From the NCBI RefSeq assembly GCF_006345805.1, contig NC_043001.1, positions 21,266,001 through 21,330,000 of the forward strand: a DNA stretch of 64,000 nucleotides, written 5' to 3'. This DNA comes from Octopus sinensis. Taxonomy: Eukaryota. This document shows, in pieces, positions 23,401 to 36,262 of this stretch (positions within the stretch are counted from its first letter, which is position 1; the number at the start of each line of letters is the position of its first letter). A program made the position numbers and the translations under genes. The notes below the pieces were generated by a model. The model did no database searches, was not told the DNA's origin, and worked only from the letters and a program-made list of their open reading frames with translations.

Positions 23401-24574
23401 GGAACAAATGGTATAAAGTGCATCTTGTGTTTATAATTTCTCTTACATTTGTTCCATTTGCCGTAACCAATAATACTACTAAGTACAGAGTGACCACACT
23501 ACTATACTGGAAGCAGACTTGATTATGATAACACTGTAACACAATTTTTGCTCTTGGGGAGCAACTGTTATTTCTTATTCGCTTGCCCCACAAAATTATG
23601 AAAAGTGGCCAATATTTCCTTCAAACTTTGCTCTTGTTACATTTATTCAAACTCCAAAGAATCCCTATCAATGTATGGCTATGATGCTCCCCTACTACTG
23701 CTCATGATCACAACCACATATATGGTCAGCCACTAAAGGACATGCTCAGGTGGTAAAGGTCAAGGTATTGAGCAGAATATTTGCTATAATGACATTTTTG
23801 TTTCAGCAACTCAGCACAAAATCTGTCTGAAATGTAACGGAAAATAGGCATTTCAAAACATTGGGGTCCAGGTCACAAAGGCAAACTTTGAAGGGAATAG
23901 TAGTCATTTCCTTTGATTTCTAAATGGAAGCAAATAGGAAATAACACTTACTGACCAAAGACAAAAAAAAATAAAATTTTAGTACACAGTGTTATCTATA
24001 CAGAGCTCTAAACTCCCCGGTAGTAGTCCTACATCTAACTGCATACAAAATATACTTTATATACACGTGTGTGTGTGTGTGCATGTGGATATGTATGTAT
24101 ATAGTTGAGTTTACACAGATAGATATGGGTGTGATTTTATCAATATTATTAGTCTGTTGGCATATGTTGGCCAACCACAACTTTTTTTTTAATCACAATT
24201 AAAACAAAGATTTAATGAACCTAGCAGGAACTTAATTTCTAGTGGCTTGTGCCACAAAAGAAGAATGTACCGAAATACCTCACATTTATACTATGAGACT
24301 GGGGGGGGGCAGGGATGGGGTTGCAGTGCGGAAATTTAATACTAGGCAACATGACAGGTGAAGGAGGTAGGAAAAGAAAAAGAAACAGTAAAAGGAAGAA
24401 GAAAAAATATGGTGAAAGAGCGATGATAAAAATACACAAAGTTGTAAACAGACAATAGAAGCTAGGCATGACTCACAGCTACTGTTGACAAGAGTTGAAG
24501 GTCCATCAACATATTATACAACAGAACTTATATAAATTCTGTTAGAAAAGAAAACCCTTCTGGCTTGTAAGAAC

Positions 24575-25020
24575 TTCATCATCATCATCATCGTTTAATG
24601 TCCGCTTTCCATGCTGGCATGGGTTGGCCGATTTGACTGAGGACTGGCGAACCAGATGGCTGCACCAGACTCCAATCTGATCTAGCAGAGTTTCTACAGC
24701 TGGATGCCCTTCCTAAGGCCAACCACTCCGAGAGTGTAGTGAGTGCTTTTACGTGCCACTGGCATGAGGGCCAGTCAGGCGGTACTGGCAATGGCCACAC
24801 TCAAATGGCGCTTTCTGTGTGCCACCTGCATAGGAGCCAGTCCAGTGGCACTGGCAAGGACCTCACTTGAATGTTTTTTCACGTGCCACCAGCACAAGTG
24901 CCAGTAAGGCGATGCAGGTAATGACCATGCTCGAATGGTGGTTTTTACATGCCACCAGCACCGAGTCCAGCTTGTTGCTCTGGCAACGACCATGGTCATA
25001 TGGTACTCTTAGCACTCATT
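24575..25020 (-). mobile_element. Family D; further partial copies at 25345-25545, 26005-26185, 13580-13715(+) and 28990-29210(+)
   Basis: Shared CGTCCGCTTTCCATGCT...GGATGCCCTTCCTAA segment. Confidence 0.85.
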
Positions 25021-25544
25021 AACAAAATTTCAAACATTTATAACAGAACTGTGTCAGTGAGCAAGGTGCAACTAAGCAATTAAAATTTTGACACAAAGGA
25101 ATAAATAACAAATGCAGCTTGTGTGTGTTTGTTAGTTCACTAAAATGGCTCTTCACAGTTCAATTGCTTCAGTTTCAACACATGGCTTTGGATACTCTAA
25201 CTCATTAAGAAAGTAAAGTATAAGGAAACCAGCCATAGAAACCATGCAAATCAGACTGGGGTCTGGTACAGCCCCTCAGCTTACCAGCCCTGGTCAAACC
25301 ATCCAACCCATGGACAATGGATGTTATATGATGGTGAAGATATATCATCATCATCGTTTAACGTCCGCTTTCCATGCTAGCATGGGTTGGACGATTTGAC
25401 TGAGGACTGGCGAACCAGATGGCTGCACCAGACTCCAAGCTGATCTGGCAGAGTTTCTACAGCTGGATGCCCTTCCTAATGCCAACCACTCCGAGAGTGT
25501 AGTGGGTGCTTTTATGTGCCACTGGCATGAGGGCCAGTCAGGCG

Positions 25545-25580
<36 letters not shown>

Positions 25581-26264
25581 CATTTAATGTCCATTTTCCA
25601 TGCTGGCATGGGTTGGACACTCTGATTGGGTTGGTAAGGCCAGGGGTCATAATAGGTTCCATTGTCTGTTCTAGCATGGTTTCTATGGTTTCATGCACTT
25701 CCCAATGCCAACCACTCCACAGAATGTATTGGGAGCTTTATATGTGACACCAGCACCATTGCTGTTAATGTAGAACCAGCATGAGTGCTTTTCATGCGAC
25801 ACAAGTGCCGGTGTCAGTTCTTCTGTGGAAGAGGGGTCATGAGTACAGCAAGGCACCAAATACCTTGGTCATATATCATCATCATCATTTAACGTCCATT
25901 GTCCATGCTGACCTGAGTTGGACGGTTTGACCAGGTATTTTATGTTATTTTGTTACTACATATTATGTTTATCAGACATTGTTCATATTTCCAGTATTAT
26001 ATACATCATCATCATCATCATCATTTAACGTCCGCTTTCCATGCTAGCATGGGTTGGACGGTTCAACTGGGGTCTGGGGAGCCCGAAAGCTGCACCAGTC
26101 CAGTCAGATCTGGCAGTGTTTCTACAGCTGGATGCCCTTCCTAACGCCAACCACTCCGAGAGTGTAGTGGGTGATTTTATGACTCATATCATTTAAGTTG
26201 CACAAACTGATTAAACAGGACAGTTTTACCTGTATTAGTAAGATTTAATGAGTGTTTTGTATAT

Positions 26265-26844
26265 TCTTTTACTTGTTTCAGCCATTTGACTGTGGCTATG
26301 CTGGAGCATTGCCTTAGAGGGTTTTTAGTCGAAGAAACCGACCCCGGGACATATTCTTTGTAAGCCTAGTACTTATTCTATCGGTCTCTTTTGCCAAGCT
26401 ACAGGGATGTAACCACATCAACATTAGTTGTCAAGTGAAGGTGGGGGCAAACACAGGCACACAAATACACACACACAATGGGCTTCTTTCAGTTTCTATC
26501 TACCAAATCCACTCACAAGGCATTTATTGGCCCGGGGCTATAGTAAAAGAGAATTGCCCAAGATGCCATGCAGTGGAACTGAACCTGGAACATTATGATT
26601 GAGAAGCAAACTTCATGCCATACAGCCATGCCTGCGCTTATATATAACACACACATCTTTTTTTTACTTGTTTCAGTCATTTGACTGCGGCCATACTGGA
26701 GTACCGCCTTTAGTCAAGCAAGCTGATCCCAAGACTTATTCTATTGGTCTCTTTTGCCAAACTGCTATGTTATGGGGACATAAACACACCAGCATCGGTT
26801 GTCAAGCAATGCTGGGGGGGGGGGGGACAAACACAGACATACAA

Positions 26845-26885
<41 letters not shown>

Positions 26886-27050
26886 CACAATAGGCTTCTT
26901 TCAATCTCTGTCTACCAAATCCACTCACAAGGTTTTGGCCAGCCCAATGCTATAGCAGAAGACACTTGCCCAAGGTGCCACGCAGTAGGACTGAACCCGA
27001 AATCATGTGGTTGGTAAGTAAGCTACTTACCACACAGCCACTCCTGTGCC
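26265..27050 (-). mobile_element. Two adjacent SINE-A copies (26265-26635 decayed; 26660-27050 full)
   Basis: Reverse complement of family consensus. Confidence 0.85.
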
Positions 27051-27359
27051 TATACACACATATACACATACATATATTTTTATTTTTGCCTGGTGGTTCG
27101 GGTTTTGCACTCAAGATCTCCACTTCAGTTTTCCATTGTGTTCTTGAGCAAAACACTTCATTTCATGTTGCTCCACTCCATTCAGCTATAAATGGGTAAC
27201 CTTGTGACAGATTGGCATACATGGGTGAGATAGTGATTGAGAAAAATCACCTGAATGGAGGTCTCGTGAGCCACATTTTGTATTCAGCAATCAAAAGAAT
27301 GCATAATACAACCTGCACTGTGAATCCTGACTGGTTGTTCAACTATGTTGAAAATCATG

Positions 27360-27401
<42 letters not shown>

Positions 27402-27402
27402 A

Positions 27403-27710
27403 AGATAAGAAAATGGAGAAATACATCTAAATCAAATATCAATTTCCAGATAATACTCAATCACATACTTTATTAAACCACCACATAAGAGACTAGGGTT
27501 AAATATAAAAAGCAGAACAAATCAGTGTACATAAAGGAATGTACATAAAAGAGTAATGTTGTATAATAAGTAGAATATATATAAAAGAGAATATAAATAT
27601 AAGTATAGATTACATCTTACAGCTGTTTCGGCCATGTAGATAAGTATGTCTCATTTTACCAATATTAGCCCTTATGGTTGGTCAATATATAGATATGAGA
27701 CATTGCTGCT
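27403..27710 (-). mobile_element. Repeat family G, possible Penelope-like terminal region; second copy begins at about 63960
   Basis: AGAAAATGGAGAAATA(C/T)ATCTAAATCAA shared with 63966-64000, both after (TA)n; minus strand contains GCCGAAACAGCTGTAAG. Confidence 0.45.
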
Positions 27711-28125
27711 TACACCAGTGAACCAATCTTGATGAAACTTTGCATACATATTAAACTAACATCCAGTTCAATTATAGGCAAATTGGATTTCAATAAAAAT
27801 CTATAATGGACCCTCTTGGGGATGTTGGGCTATTATATAAAATGAGAAGAGTGCAAAGAGTGTTACTATGAGGGAAATGTGGTGGCATAGTTAGGGTGAC
27901 TGATATCAGGGAAGGGGAGATGTGTAAGCGATAAATATGGAGTGGCAGTGGGATGGAATGTTAATACAGCTGTCATAAGTAACTTTTAAAACACCAAGGA
28001 AGGGAAAGAAAAGTGGGTGTGAGGAATACATAGCTTTAAGGGTAGGTGACTTTTCTGCTGTTCATCACAAAGAAATACTTATACATACATACATCTACTA
28101 TACACCATTTTAAACTCATGATTAC

Positions 28126-28210
28126 CTGTGTGTACGTTTGTAAAATGTGTGTGTGTGATGTCCTATAACTGTCTCTACTTTTGTATGGTCTTCCCTGTTG
28201 CTGTCACATA
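28126..28210 (-). CDS. Candidate internal exon (85 nt)
   Basis: TTTCACAG acceptor, CAG/GTAATC donor, one open frame CDSNREDHTKVETVIGHHTHTFYKRTH; no homology recognised. Confidence 0.35.
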
Positions 28211-28505
28211 CTGTGAAATTTTAAAATTATGTCAAAATTATCAAATTTGGTATGTTGAAATAATTTTCCACATTAAATCTGATTTTGTTATTTGTTCAAG
28301 AAAAATTAAAGAAAAGTGTTACTGAGGTTTAAAGTTTAATCAATTTTACCTAATCAGGAAACAGGATTTGAAAGCTGTCATTTCAAATGTCTATCACAAA
28401 ATGAAAGCAAAATCATTACAGGGAGGAATTTTTATTAAACAAACGAAGGTCAAGCATTACGACAACCAAAGTTGTAAGAACTTCTGAAGTTTTAATAAGT
28501 TTTAA

Positions 28506-28725
28506 CCCTTTCATTACCAACCCGGCTGAAACTGGTTCTGGCTCTGAGTACAAAAGTCTTGTTTTCATAAGTTTTGAATTAGAATCTTCCACCAAACCTT
28601 AGTCACAATTTATGTTCCTAACACTAACTTAATGACAACTAAGTTATCTTACTAAATTCTTTGTTGTATTTAAAGTAATTGTAAGAAACACAGAGAATCT
28701 CAAAATAAATACAGTAACGAAAGGG
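28506..28725. mobile_element. piggyBac-type MITE
   Basis: TTAA duplication at 28502-05 and 28726-29; TIRs CCCTTTCATTAC / GTAACGAAAGGG (11 of 12 match). Confidence 0.85.
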
Positions 28726-29479
28726 TTAATGAATAAAGTTATGTGAAATGGTTGAACAGATATGTAAATAATTTGAAAAGGAAAAAATCCTCAATGAAGT
28801 ATTTTGTGAAAAATTGCACAAATCTGTCCTGATCAAGAGGCCTATCTGTTGGGGAAAGTTTGGTCTGACATGGAATAAACAAAAAATTATATAACACATT
28901 CTACTGTAAAAATTGCTGTCTTTTTAGTTTTTCAGTCATCTCTTGCCCTCTTTTCCAATATTTCTCTCTATCTAGGGATGATTTACATTCATAAGTGGTG
29001 GTCAATGCCAAGACCGCCTGACTGGTTTCGGTGCCAGTGGCATGTAAAGAGCACCCACTACATTCTCAGAGTGGTTGGAGTTAGGAAGGGCATACAGCTG
29101 TAGAAACCATACCAGATCAGATTGGAGCCTGGTGCAGCCTTCTGGCTTGCCAGACCCCAGTCAAATCGTCCAACCCATGCCAGCAAGGAAAGCAGATGAT
29201 GATGATGATCTAACTTTCTTTTGATACAACTGCCAAATGCAGATTCTGTCATCTATTTTCTCTACAGAAGCATATCAAAGACACAATCTAGAATGTAGAT
29301 ACTTTCATAATGATGTGTGCGCTTCTTTACGTGTATGTGTGAGTGCGTTTCTTTATGTGTATGTGTGAGTGTGTTTCTTTACGTGTATGTGAGTGCGTTT
29401 CTTTACACATGTGTGTGTATTTCTTTACACGTGTGTGTGTGTGTGTTTCTGTATGTGTATGTATGTGTGTGTGTGTTTC

Positions 29480-29546
<67 letters not shown>

Positions 29547-29934
29547 TGTGTGTGTGTTTGTGTGTTTGGTAGGTGTGTATGGGAATAGCTTTATATTTCC
29601 TTTGTATTCATTGTTTTGTAAACAATTGCTTCCTGATGATGTCTGCTTGAAATCCACTAAAAACAGTCATATCTGGGCGTATTGACACATTGCATAATCT
29701 GTGTAAACAAAAAACCTCACTCAATTGGTACTTTATGAAAAAAAAAAAAATCAAGCCAAAGTTGTCTGTTGTCCAACCAGTGGGAGATAATTATTACCAC
29801 ACTTAAAAATAAGTATGGTAGCAACTGGAAGGGCATCCAGCCATAAAAAAAAATCTTACCCAACGCACTTTTGTCAGACTCATGTAAACATGGAAAAGTA
29901 GACATTAAAACAATGATAATATACACACACACAC

Positions 29935-30315
29935 TTTTATACTTTTACTTGTTTCAGTCATTTGACTGCAGCCATGCTGGAGCAATGTCTTTAGTTGAAC
30001 AACTCGACCCCAGGATTTATTCTTTGTAAGCCTAGTACTTATTCTATTGGTAACTTTTGCCGAACTGCTAGGTTATGGGGGCATAAACATACCAATAACG
30101 GTTGTCAAGCAATGGTGGGGGGACAAACACACGCAAATATGTACATACATATATATATATATATATATACACACATACACACATGATGAGCTTCTTTCAG
30201 TTTCTGCCTACCAATTGCACTCACAAGGCTTTGGTTGGCCCGAGGTGCCACGCAGTGGGACTGAACCCAGAACCATGTGATTGGGAAGCAAGCTTCTTAC
30301 TACACAGCCAAGCCT
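29935..30315 (-). mobile_element. SINE family A (decayed)
   Basis: Reverse complement of consensus with many CpG transitions. Confidence 0.8.
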
Positions 30316-30639
30316 AACTGTTATATAATGTTTATTGCCATAAGAATTTAGAAATTTCAGGAGACAGGAAAGGAATCATATTCACCAGTGGAATTTGAAG
30401 TAGATAAAGCTATAAATAATAAATATTAGGTTAAAAACCCTTGGAAAAAAAGGTCCAATAGGCAACCTTTAACTCTTTTCATCTGGGGCTTTTTTAACCA
30501 AATATTTATGAGGTATTATTTATAAATTTGAGTTTCACTGTTAAAAATGGTATATATCATCATCATTTAACATTTGTATTCCATGCTGTACCCGGTTGTT
30601 TGTCCTCTCTGTCCACGACACTAAGGATTCTGTGGTAAC

Positions 30640-30975
30640 ACCACATTTCAAAAGCGCTCACGTGGACGGAGAGAAGGGCGAACAACTGTGTACTAGAAAA
30701 GCTTGGTTGCGAGATGACACTTCGGTGAAACATCATGAAGTGGAAGCTATGGTTCTTTGGCCACGTCATGCGCCAGGATGGACACGAGCGAACGATCATA
30801 ATTGGCAAGGTGAACGGCAGACGTAAAAGAGGCAGACCACCCACTTCTTGGCTGAAAGACATCGCAGCCACAGGATTGTCTTTAATCTCAGCTGTCCATG
30901 GGGTAGAGGACAGGAGAAGGTGGCAAGACGTCGTGATGACCACAGCATCGCATAGTGCAGCACCTGACTAGGATG
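30640..30975 (+). pseudogene. RTE-clade LINE 3' fragment
   Basis: KLWFFGHVMRQDGHERTIIIGKVNGRRKRGRPPTSWLKDI...EDRRRWQDVV*, followed by (GAT)n. Confidence 0.85.
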
Positions 30976-31385
30976 ATGATGATCATCATCATTCCATGCT
31001 AGCATGGACTGGATGGTTTGACAAGAGCTGGCAAAACAGAGAGCTACACCTGACTACATTTGGCATGGTTTCTATGGCTGAATGCTCTTCTTACGGTCAA
31101 CCACTTTACAGAGTGTGCTGGGTGCTTTTCATGTGGCACCAGCAGGATTACCTAGCAGCTTGCAAGACAAAGACCTCTCAGCTGAAAGAGGTAACGCATC
31201 AACACATACATACATATACACACATTTTATATAGATGTGTGTGTGTGGCCTTTGGCAGTCATTCATTGTTCATTCTTTGAACATGGCTCATGATCAACAT
31301 GATGTGTGCTACTTCCACTTGTCCAAGAACAGAGATGTTTGTTTACTTTTTCTCCTAATTACCTAAAAGGATGTCCATATCTTAC

Positions 31386-31700
31386 AGACATAGAGATGTG
31401 GGAAGATAGTAAAGCTCACTCTCCAAGGATCTGAAGTATACACAGTAATGAAGAAATCTCTAATCTTTAAATTCTTTGAGCAAGTACAGAAATGACAAGG
31501 AATACAAAAGACAGAAGATAAGAGAAAGCTGGACACAACACCATTGGTGAAAAACCAGTAAAGATCTTGTGCAGAGAATGTCATCAAATGCATCAAGCAC
31601 TGTTTCTCCCCAATCACTTGAGTGCTCATGTTAGATGAAGGTGAAATAGAGCTGAAGTGAAGTGGAGGTAATTCTTTGGATAGGGAAAGCTCAAAACATA
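31386..31700 (-). CDS. Candidate exon (315 nt, phase 1-1) of an unidentified gene
   Basis: TATCAG acceptor, possible donor T/GTAAGA; only one open frame (CFELSLSKELPPLHF...FCIPCHFCTCSK...FPHLYV); phase compatible with 28126-28210. Confidence 0.3.
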
Positions 31701-31829
31701 CTGATATATACACAATAGCATTCATACATATATATTTTATCTTTTGGCCGATCTGTACATGTCTACTGTACAGTTAAACCTCTCAATCCATATAACATAC
31801 TCAGACACATCATACATATATATATATTA

Positions 31830-32030
31830 GTTAATCCAAACATGAACACAGAGAAAACACAACTCAAGGACATGGAATAAGTACAGTGTTATTGGGCACT
31901 CAGGAAAAGAAAGAAAGTAGGAGGATTTCACATTTTGAGCGGAGCTCTTTGTCAGAAATATAGAAAAAGTTCAAAGAAGGGAAGAAGGAGAAAGAAAATC
32001 GCCAATGATACACACGCGATCACAATATAT
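31830..32030 (-). mobile_element. Family F copy 3 (decayed hammerhead motif)
   Basis: Minus strand CTGACAA-A-GAGC tcc GCTC-AAAATGT at about 31926-31959. Confidence 0.55.
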
Positions 32031-32063
<33 letters not shown>

Positions 32064-32279
32064 CACATGTAAACATACTACATACAAGTATAATTCACAA
32101 ATACACATATGACATTAAATTATATATATATATATATACACACACATACATATATATATGCATGGATGATGATGATGATATATATATATATAGAACCAGT
32201 ATTCCCTTGGATGTAATCATCCCTTTACAAGGTTAACACATCCTCCAAATCTCTCTCTCTGTGTATGTATGTATATATA

Positions 32280-32310
<31 letters not shown>

Positions 32311-32604
32311 CGCGGAGGCGCAATGGCCCCAGTGGACTCACGGTTGTAGGATCGCGGTTTCGATTCCCAGACCGGGTGTTGTGAGTGTTTATTGAGTGAA
32401 AACACCTAAAGCTCCATGAGGCTCTGGCAGGGGGTGGTGGTGATCCCTGCTGTACTCTTTCGCCACAACTTTCTCTCACGCTTTCTTCTGTTAGCCTGCT
32501 TGCTTAGCCAGTGGGGTGGTGTCATTTGAAGGTTAAAACAATGCGAAGCGCATTGTGACCAGCGATGTGTAGCAACATCTGATAGCCTGGTCGGTCACAA
32601 TGAT
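32311..32604 (+). mobile_element. SINE family E, near full length
   Basis: tRNA-like head GGCGCAATGGCCCCAGTGG...GTTTCGATTCCC; structured 3' end; (TA)n on both sides. Confidence 0.85.
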
Positions 32605-32616
32605 ATATATATATAT

Positions 32617-33003
32617 AGGCGCAAGAGTAGCTGTGTGGTAAGTAGCTTGCTTACCAATCACATGGTTCTGGGTTCATTCCCACTGCGTGGCACCTTGGGC
32701 AAGTGTCTTCTACTATAGCCTCGGGCCAACCAAAGCCTTGTAAGTGGATTTGGTAGACAGAAACTGAAAGAAGCCCGTTGTGTATGTATATATATATATA
32801 TAGATGCAGCATGGAATTTTGTCAGTGAACAGGTCAAAGCGACGAAAATATTTTGACAAATTAAATTTAAATGTTGAAGTGAATCTAACGGTTTTTGTGT
32901 TTATTAAATGGCTAATAAACACCTTCCACGCTGCAGTTGTTTTCGTTCCAGCCCACGATCTCAGATCAGGTAACTTGCTATGCAAGTACATCTCCGTAAT
33001 TAA

Positions 33004-33034
<31 letters not shown>

Positions 33035-33224
33035 AGTGTGTGTATGTATGAGTGTGTTTATGCTTGTCCCCCCACAACCGATGGTGGTGTGTTTAGCGGT
33101 TCGGCAACAGAGACCGATAGAATAAGTACTAGGCTTCCAAAGAATAAGTTCTGGGGTCGATTTGCTCGACTAAAGGAGGTGCTCCAGCATGGCCGCAGTC
33201 AAATGACTGAATCAAGTAAAAAAG

Positions 33225-33225
<1 letters not shown>
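32617..33225 (+). mobile_element. SINE family A with a ~200-bp foreign insert (32800-33000) in its internal microsatellite
   Basis: Head 32617-32785, 3' half 33040-33225. Confidence 0.8.
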
Positions 33226-33281
<56 letters not shown>

Positions 33282-33699
33282 TATATATATATAATCATTT
33301 AACGTCATACGTATATTTGTCAATTATATGTGTATATGTAGTGTGTGTGTGTGCGCGTGTGTAAAAGCATCGTTAGCTCTTTTGCAAACAAATAGAATAT
33401 TAGGCAGCTGTTTTCTTTTTGATAAGTACGATGGCCATCAATTTGTTTATTCTATTTACAAATCATTCATTTCTATAACTAAGCGACTAGAATATTTTAT
33501 TAACAAACCAAGTGTGTGTGTGTGAATACGAGAGAGGCAGTGTGTGTGTGTTTGTGTGCGTACGTATCTATTTGTATACAGTAGCATTAAGAGATGCTTT
33601 ATTGTTGTTAAGTTTTAAACAGACCTTAATTGAGCAGGGTTGTGATGAACAGTCCAGTTAAAGTACTTCGTCTTTTTCTTTTCTGTACAATTAATCTAA

Positions 33700-34560
33700 C
33701 ACGTAATCAAGCGTAAACTGTCATAGGTTTTAAGACAGTAGTGTACGAACAAACGGAAAAATCGGTGCTATTTCTAGCAGGATGTGCGACCACGTAGAAG
33801 TTCCCCCGTTGGTTCTCTGGTGCCACATATAGAATTTAAATTATACAAAATCCAGTGCTCTAATTTATTGAATCAACCGATTTTAGGACATCTCCGTCGC
33901 AAAATGATTATAAGTTCTCAGCAGAAAAATGTACCCACGTATTCGAATTCTACACTCACTCCCCTTTTCACACAAGAAGACAATGTTGACACCAAAACTT
34001 TTCTAAGTTTCTCGCGATCGTATAGAATGGTATGATTTTTTTGAAAATAGAGAAATGAGTCTCGAAGACTTACTTATAGTTATTAATGAACCGTTTTTAG
34101 TAGAGATAATAGTTGAAAAAGTTCTCTGACTGGCATTAATGCAAGAATATTAGGAAAAAAATAAGATAAAAAGAGAGGAAAAAAAAGTTGTATTTACTTC
34201 CGAGATCGTCTGACATAGAAGCAAGAGAGACCAAAATGACCTGCAAGACTTTCGTTCGCCAAAACAAAGTTGTATGGCATAGCTACAACACTATTACAAT
34301 ATACAAGTATGTTAGCGATCGCGAAAAGTAATTACGAATCTACTGTAATGGTAATGAGAAAGATATTAAAGAATTATAAAACAAATCGTAAAAATTATTT
34401 TTTTTTACCGTACAAATGGAGCCATCGTAAAGTAAGTCACATGCCGGTGTAAACAGAACTAAGTCCTGACATCATTTTATTTCCGTGCGTAATGATTGAC
34501 TCATCTCAAAAGCGAATGAAGTAATCGACTACAATACGAAAGTTATCTCATCGCGAGAAC
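33700..34560. promoter_or_regulatory. Possible promoter region (CpG-rich, non-repetitive)
   Basis: Visibly higher CpG density than the left half; TCGCGA at 34012, 34319 and 34551; GTAAGT donor-like site at 34432. Confidence 0.35.
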
Positions 34561-34570
34561 TTTATCGGGG

Positions 34571-35045
34571 GTGGTGGTGGATTGGTTGAATCGTTAGAGT
34601 GTCGCTATCTATGATTTATATGTTCTGTAGCTCGACATTCCGCGTTCAAATCTTACAGAGGCTAATTTTATCATTTATCCCATCGGGGCCGTTAAAATAG
34701 ATACCAGGTGGTTTGGTTGAATCGTTAGAGTGTTGCTATCTATGATATATGTTCTGTAGCTTGACATTCCGCGTTCAAATCTTACAGAGGCTAATTTTAT
34801 CATTTATCCCATCGGGGCCGATAAAATAGATACCAGGTGGATTGGTTGAATCGTTAGAGTGTCGCTATCTATGATATATGTTCTGTAGCTCGACATTCTG
34901 CGTTCAAATCTTACAGAGGCTAATATTATCATTTATCCCATCGGGGCCGATAAAATAGATACCAGTCAAGTAGTGATGTCGATTTAATCGAATAACCCCC
35001 TCCTCTTAAAATTTCAGATTTCATTCCCATTTTAGAAATTATATT
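34571..35045 (+). mobile_element. SINE-B-related element with triplicated head plus core
   Basis: Units 34577-34707, 34708-34836 and 34837-34965 (131/129/129 bp), then a single tail. Confidence 0.85.
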
Positions 35046-35255
35046 TTAGCTGGACGATAGAACAGATAGAGAAATGATTAATGGTTTTCATACTAATACA
35101 AGCTTTGATTTTTGTTTTTGCACTAAGAATAATCACATTTTAGTTTGACTTTCTTTTTTTTAATGAAAATATCGTTACGTGAAAGAAAGTAATATGCGAT
35201 TTATTTGAAACATATTTTGTGATAATTGATTAATTACATTATAATCATTTAGTTT

Positions 35256-35480
35256 GGACCTTTTCACTTTGACTGGCAGATTTTTAAAATAATTTCTATG
35301 TAACTAAAAAATTTTTAGACTTCATATACTGGTAGAATGTGTTTATAAAACATCTTTTTCTCTTGGCTTTCTTGAGAAAATTCTGTAGTTTGTAACATAT
35401 TTGTTGTTTAACGAAGTTTAAAACTTTTTAGTTACATAGAAATTATTTAAAAAAATCTGCCGGTCAAAGTGAAAAGATCC
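35256..35480. mobile_element. MITE-like element with ~67-bp terminal inverted repeats
   Basis: GGACCTTTTCACTTTGACTGGCAGATTTTT... versus ...AAAAAATCTGCCGGTCAAAGTGAAAAGATCC. Confidence 0.75.
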
Positions 35481-35867
35481 TTTTGTTTTTCTATATAAGC
35501 ATTTATTGTAGCTACTTTTAACGTGTGGGAAAAAAATCAGGGCTCTAATAAATGCTTAGTGTCCTCAAAATTTATTAGTTTAAGACTCGCTTGGCTACGG
35601 ATTCTTTTTGAAAGTTAATATGTTATATTTCTTGTTTCATAGCCCCCACCAGAAAGTTTGGTGGAGTTATTTTATTGATTCAAACAATATTAGGTTTGCT
35701 AAATAAATTTTATTCAATTTCATATTTTACGTTAAACAAAACAGAGCTATTAATGCTCATATTTGAAACCTAATCACTTGTTTCTTTAAAGCATTTATTT
35801 GATGACGTTCGTCGTTGATATTGGATTTCTGTTGCGGTATACTTTTTTTAAAGAAAGGTTCGCTTTT

Positions 35868-36262
35868 AGAGAGAGAGAGAGAGACAGAGTTACACGGGGG
35901 AGAAGGGAGAGAGAAGGAAAGATGGGATAAGAGAAAGGAGGAAAGGGAGGGATAGAGAGAGGAGGGGGAAAGAAGGAGGGAGGAGAGAGAGGAGGGGGAA
36001 AGAAGGAGGGAGGAGAGAGAGGAGGGGGAAAGAAGGAGGGAGGAGAGAGAGGAGGGGAAGAAGGGAGGGAGAGACAGACAGACAGACAGTGAGAGGGGGA
36101 GAAGGGGAGGGAGATAAAGAGAGGAGGGTAGGGATAGAGAGAGAGAGAGGAGGGAGGGATAGAGAGAGAGGAGGAAGGGAGAGAGAGAGAGGAGGGAGAG
36201 AGAGAGAGAGGAGAGAGAGAGAGGAGGGAGGAGAGAGAGAGAGAGGAGGGGAGGGAGAGAGA
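35868..36262. repeat. Polypurine (GA-rich) tract with ~30-bp tandem units
   Basis: GAGAGAGGAGGGGGAAAGAAGGAGGGAGGA repeated about 4 times. Confidence 0.9.

Noticed and set aside
3740-25010. CRISPR-like reading of the family D repeat/variable arrays
   Set aside because: Eukaryotic context, no cas genes, degenerate repeats, and variable segments recur between dispersed copies.
34416-34437. ATG followed by a GTAAGT donor as a first coding exon
   Set aside because: In-frame TAA precedes the donor; could only be a non-coding exon and has no further support.
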